NCBI GenBank assembly: GCA_963575745.1
Contig: CAUYUJ010000328.1
Coordinates: forward strand, 1 to 64,000
DNA: 64,000 nt
From: Prorocentrum cordatum
Taxonomy: Eukaryota
Direction: 5' to 3'
Positions within the stretch are counted from its first letter, which is position 1, and each line of letters starts with the position of its first letter. A program made the translations under genes and the position numbers. Shown here piece after piece: positions 62,269 to 64,000 of this stretch. The notes under the pieces are model-generated. The model saw nothing but the letters and a program-made list of their open reading frames with translations, had not been told where the DNA came from and did no database searches.

Positions 62269-63134
62269 CACTGCAATGCAACGTATTGTGCGACTGTGCC
62301 AAAAACAGCAAATTGATGCAAGGTTTCAGGGTGTACATGCTAAGGGGGGAGGGAGGAGGAAGACGAGGAGCAGGAGGAGGAGGAGGAGGAGGAGGAGGAG
62401 GAGGAGGAGGCGCACGAGGAGGAGGACGAGGAGGAAGAGGAGGAAGATGAGGAGGAGGAGGAGGAGGAGCAGGAGGAGGAGGAGCAGCAGGAGGAGGAGG
62501 AGGATGTCGGTTCTCAGGACTCCCTCAGAGGTGGAGGGGGGGGGGGTGGGGATGCGGAGGGGGAGGAGGAAGCACATCGACGGCTCCGTGGAGAAGGGGG
62601 AGTGTGATGAGGGGAAGGAGTTTCCCTGCCGCGTGCCTGATCGCTCTGGCCCGGTGTGGTGGTCGCCCCAGAGGAGCGAGCGCGGGAGGAGGGTGGCGGA
62701 GGGGGAGCGGGCTTGCGGGCGGGCGCGGGGGCGAACTGGCGGTCTGTGCGAGCGTGCGTGCGGGCGGGCGGGCGCGCGGGCGGGCGGGCGTGCAGGCGGG
62801 CGGGCAAGAAGGCGGGCCCGCGGGCGGGTGGTTCGGCGGGCGGTTGGGCGGGCGGGCGGCGTCGTCGTCGTCGTCTTCGTCGTCATGGTCGTCGTCGTCA
62901 TTGTCGTCGTCATTTTCGTCGTCGGCGTCGGTGTCATCGTCGTTGTCGTCGTCGTCGTCCGTCGTCGTTGTGGTCGTCGTCATCGTCTTCGTCTTCGCCG
63001 CCGCCGCCGTCGTGTCGTCGTCCTCGTCCTTGTCCTCGTCCTCGTCCTCTTCCCGTCCTCATCCTCGCCCTAGTCCTCGTTCTCGTCGTCGTCGTCGTCG
63101 TCGTCTTCGTGCGCATTGTGCTGTTCTTCTCCGC

Positions 63135-63935
63135 GGCGTTGCCCCCCCAGCCGTTGCCACGTGTCGAGTAGGGTGGGATTGTATGTGTTTGTCCCGCGCG
63201 GCAGCGCTACGTGATGCGTTGAGTGTACTTCTACTTCCTGCTCGCCCCCCATGTCGCTGCCACGCGGCGAATGGAGTGGGATCGCATTTTTTGTTTATAT
63301 CTCATGCCTTGCCACGTGGCGCGGCCGTGTGGCGAGACGACAGGAGTAGCATGTGTTGCCGCCCCGCTTCGCTGCCACGTGCCGAGAGGGATGGAGTAAT
63401 TCTGTTTCGCCCCGCGGGCGCTGCCACGAGGTGAGTACATTGGATTAGTACTTGGCATCGCTCGGGCGTGTGCATTTTTCCTTCGGCGAGGACCATCGAG
63501 GAGCATCCCTGATCATTCGGCGAGAAAGCCACGCACGAGAGCGAACAAAACACGGGGAATGGACGTCCGAGCGATGGCCAGAGTATGTGCTCCCCCCTCC
63601 GAGCGCTGCCACGCGGCAAGGAGCGTGGGGCAGTAGTTGTTTCGCTCCCCCGGTGCTGCCACATGGCGAGTAGAGTCAACAACATATGTTTCCACCTCGC
63701 GGGCGTTACCACGTGGTGAGTCGTGAAGTGGAGTAGTTTGTGTTGCGATTTCCAGTCGCTGCCACCTGGCAATTCGCGTGGATAATCATTTGTAACCGTC
63801 CCGCAGGCGCTGCCACGTCGCGAGGAGAGTGGAGTAGCACAGTTGTTCGCCCCCCAGGCTTTCGCCACGTGGCGAGTAAGGTGGAATAGTTTCAGTTTCC
63901 GCCCCGCAGGCGCTGCGGCGTGCCGACTAGAGGAA
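63135..63935. repeat. ~50-bp GCCACGTGGC-core satellite, block 2
   Basis: Same consensus as block 1; contains a foreign insert at ~63450-63590. Confidence 0.85.
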
Positions 63936-64000
63936 CGAGGGAGGAAGGAAAAGGAGGGACGAGGAGGGAGGAACGAGGAGGGAGAGGGGGGGGCGAGAAG

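Noticed and set aside
60505..63935. CRISPR-like repeat-spacer array
   Set aside because: The linkers are homologous to each other and the cores are degenerate; this is a diverged satellite.

Overview
This is a GC-rich, repeat-saturated eukaryotic window with no intact gene. The dominance of (CCT/GAG)n tracts, the GC-AG splice-like junctions and the retroelement types suggest a dinoflagellate, possibly Prorocentrum-like; this assignment is inference. Nearly all listed ORFs are microsatellite artefacts. Recognisable content: (1) a decayed RTE-like LINE reverse transcriptase (~14.9-16.5 kb); (2) a frameshifted non-LTR retroelement with RT, Zn-knuckle, RNase H, a C-terminal Cys/His domain and a (TCTTA)3 tail (~17.7-21.4 kb), plus RNase H and AP-endonuclease remnants elsewhere; (3) at least five short dispersed families, most with terminal inverted repeats (MITE-like); (4) several satellites: 89/90-bp, 11-bp AAGCTAAGCTA, ~50-bp CACGTG-core and TCTTGG-rich; (5) a few candidate isolated exons. 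The most interesting signal is a probable rolling-circle (Helitron2/Helentron-like) satellite-carrying system. Two oppositely oriented elements share a 22-bp lead-in, an 89/90-bp array and a terminal hairpin with a compensatory base-pair change. A third element with sub-terminal inverted repeats, hairpins at both ends and an 11-bp array ends in the same CCC-hairpin-GGGAA architecture.
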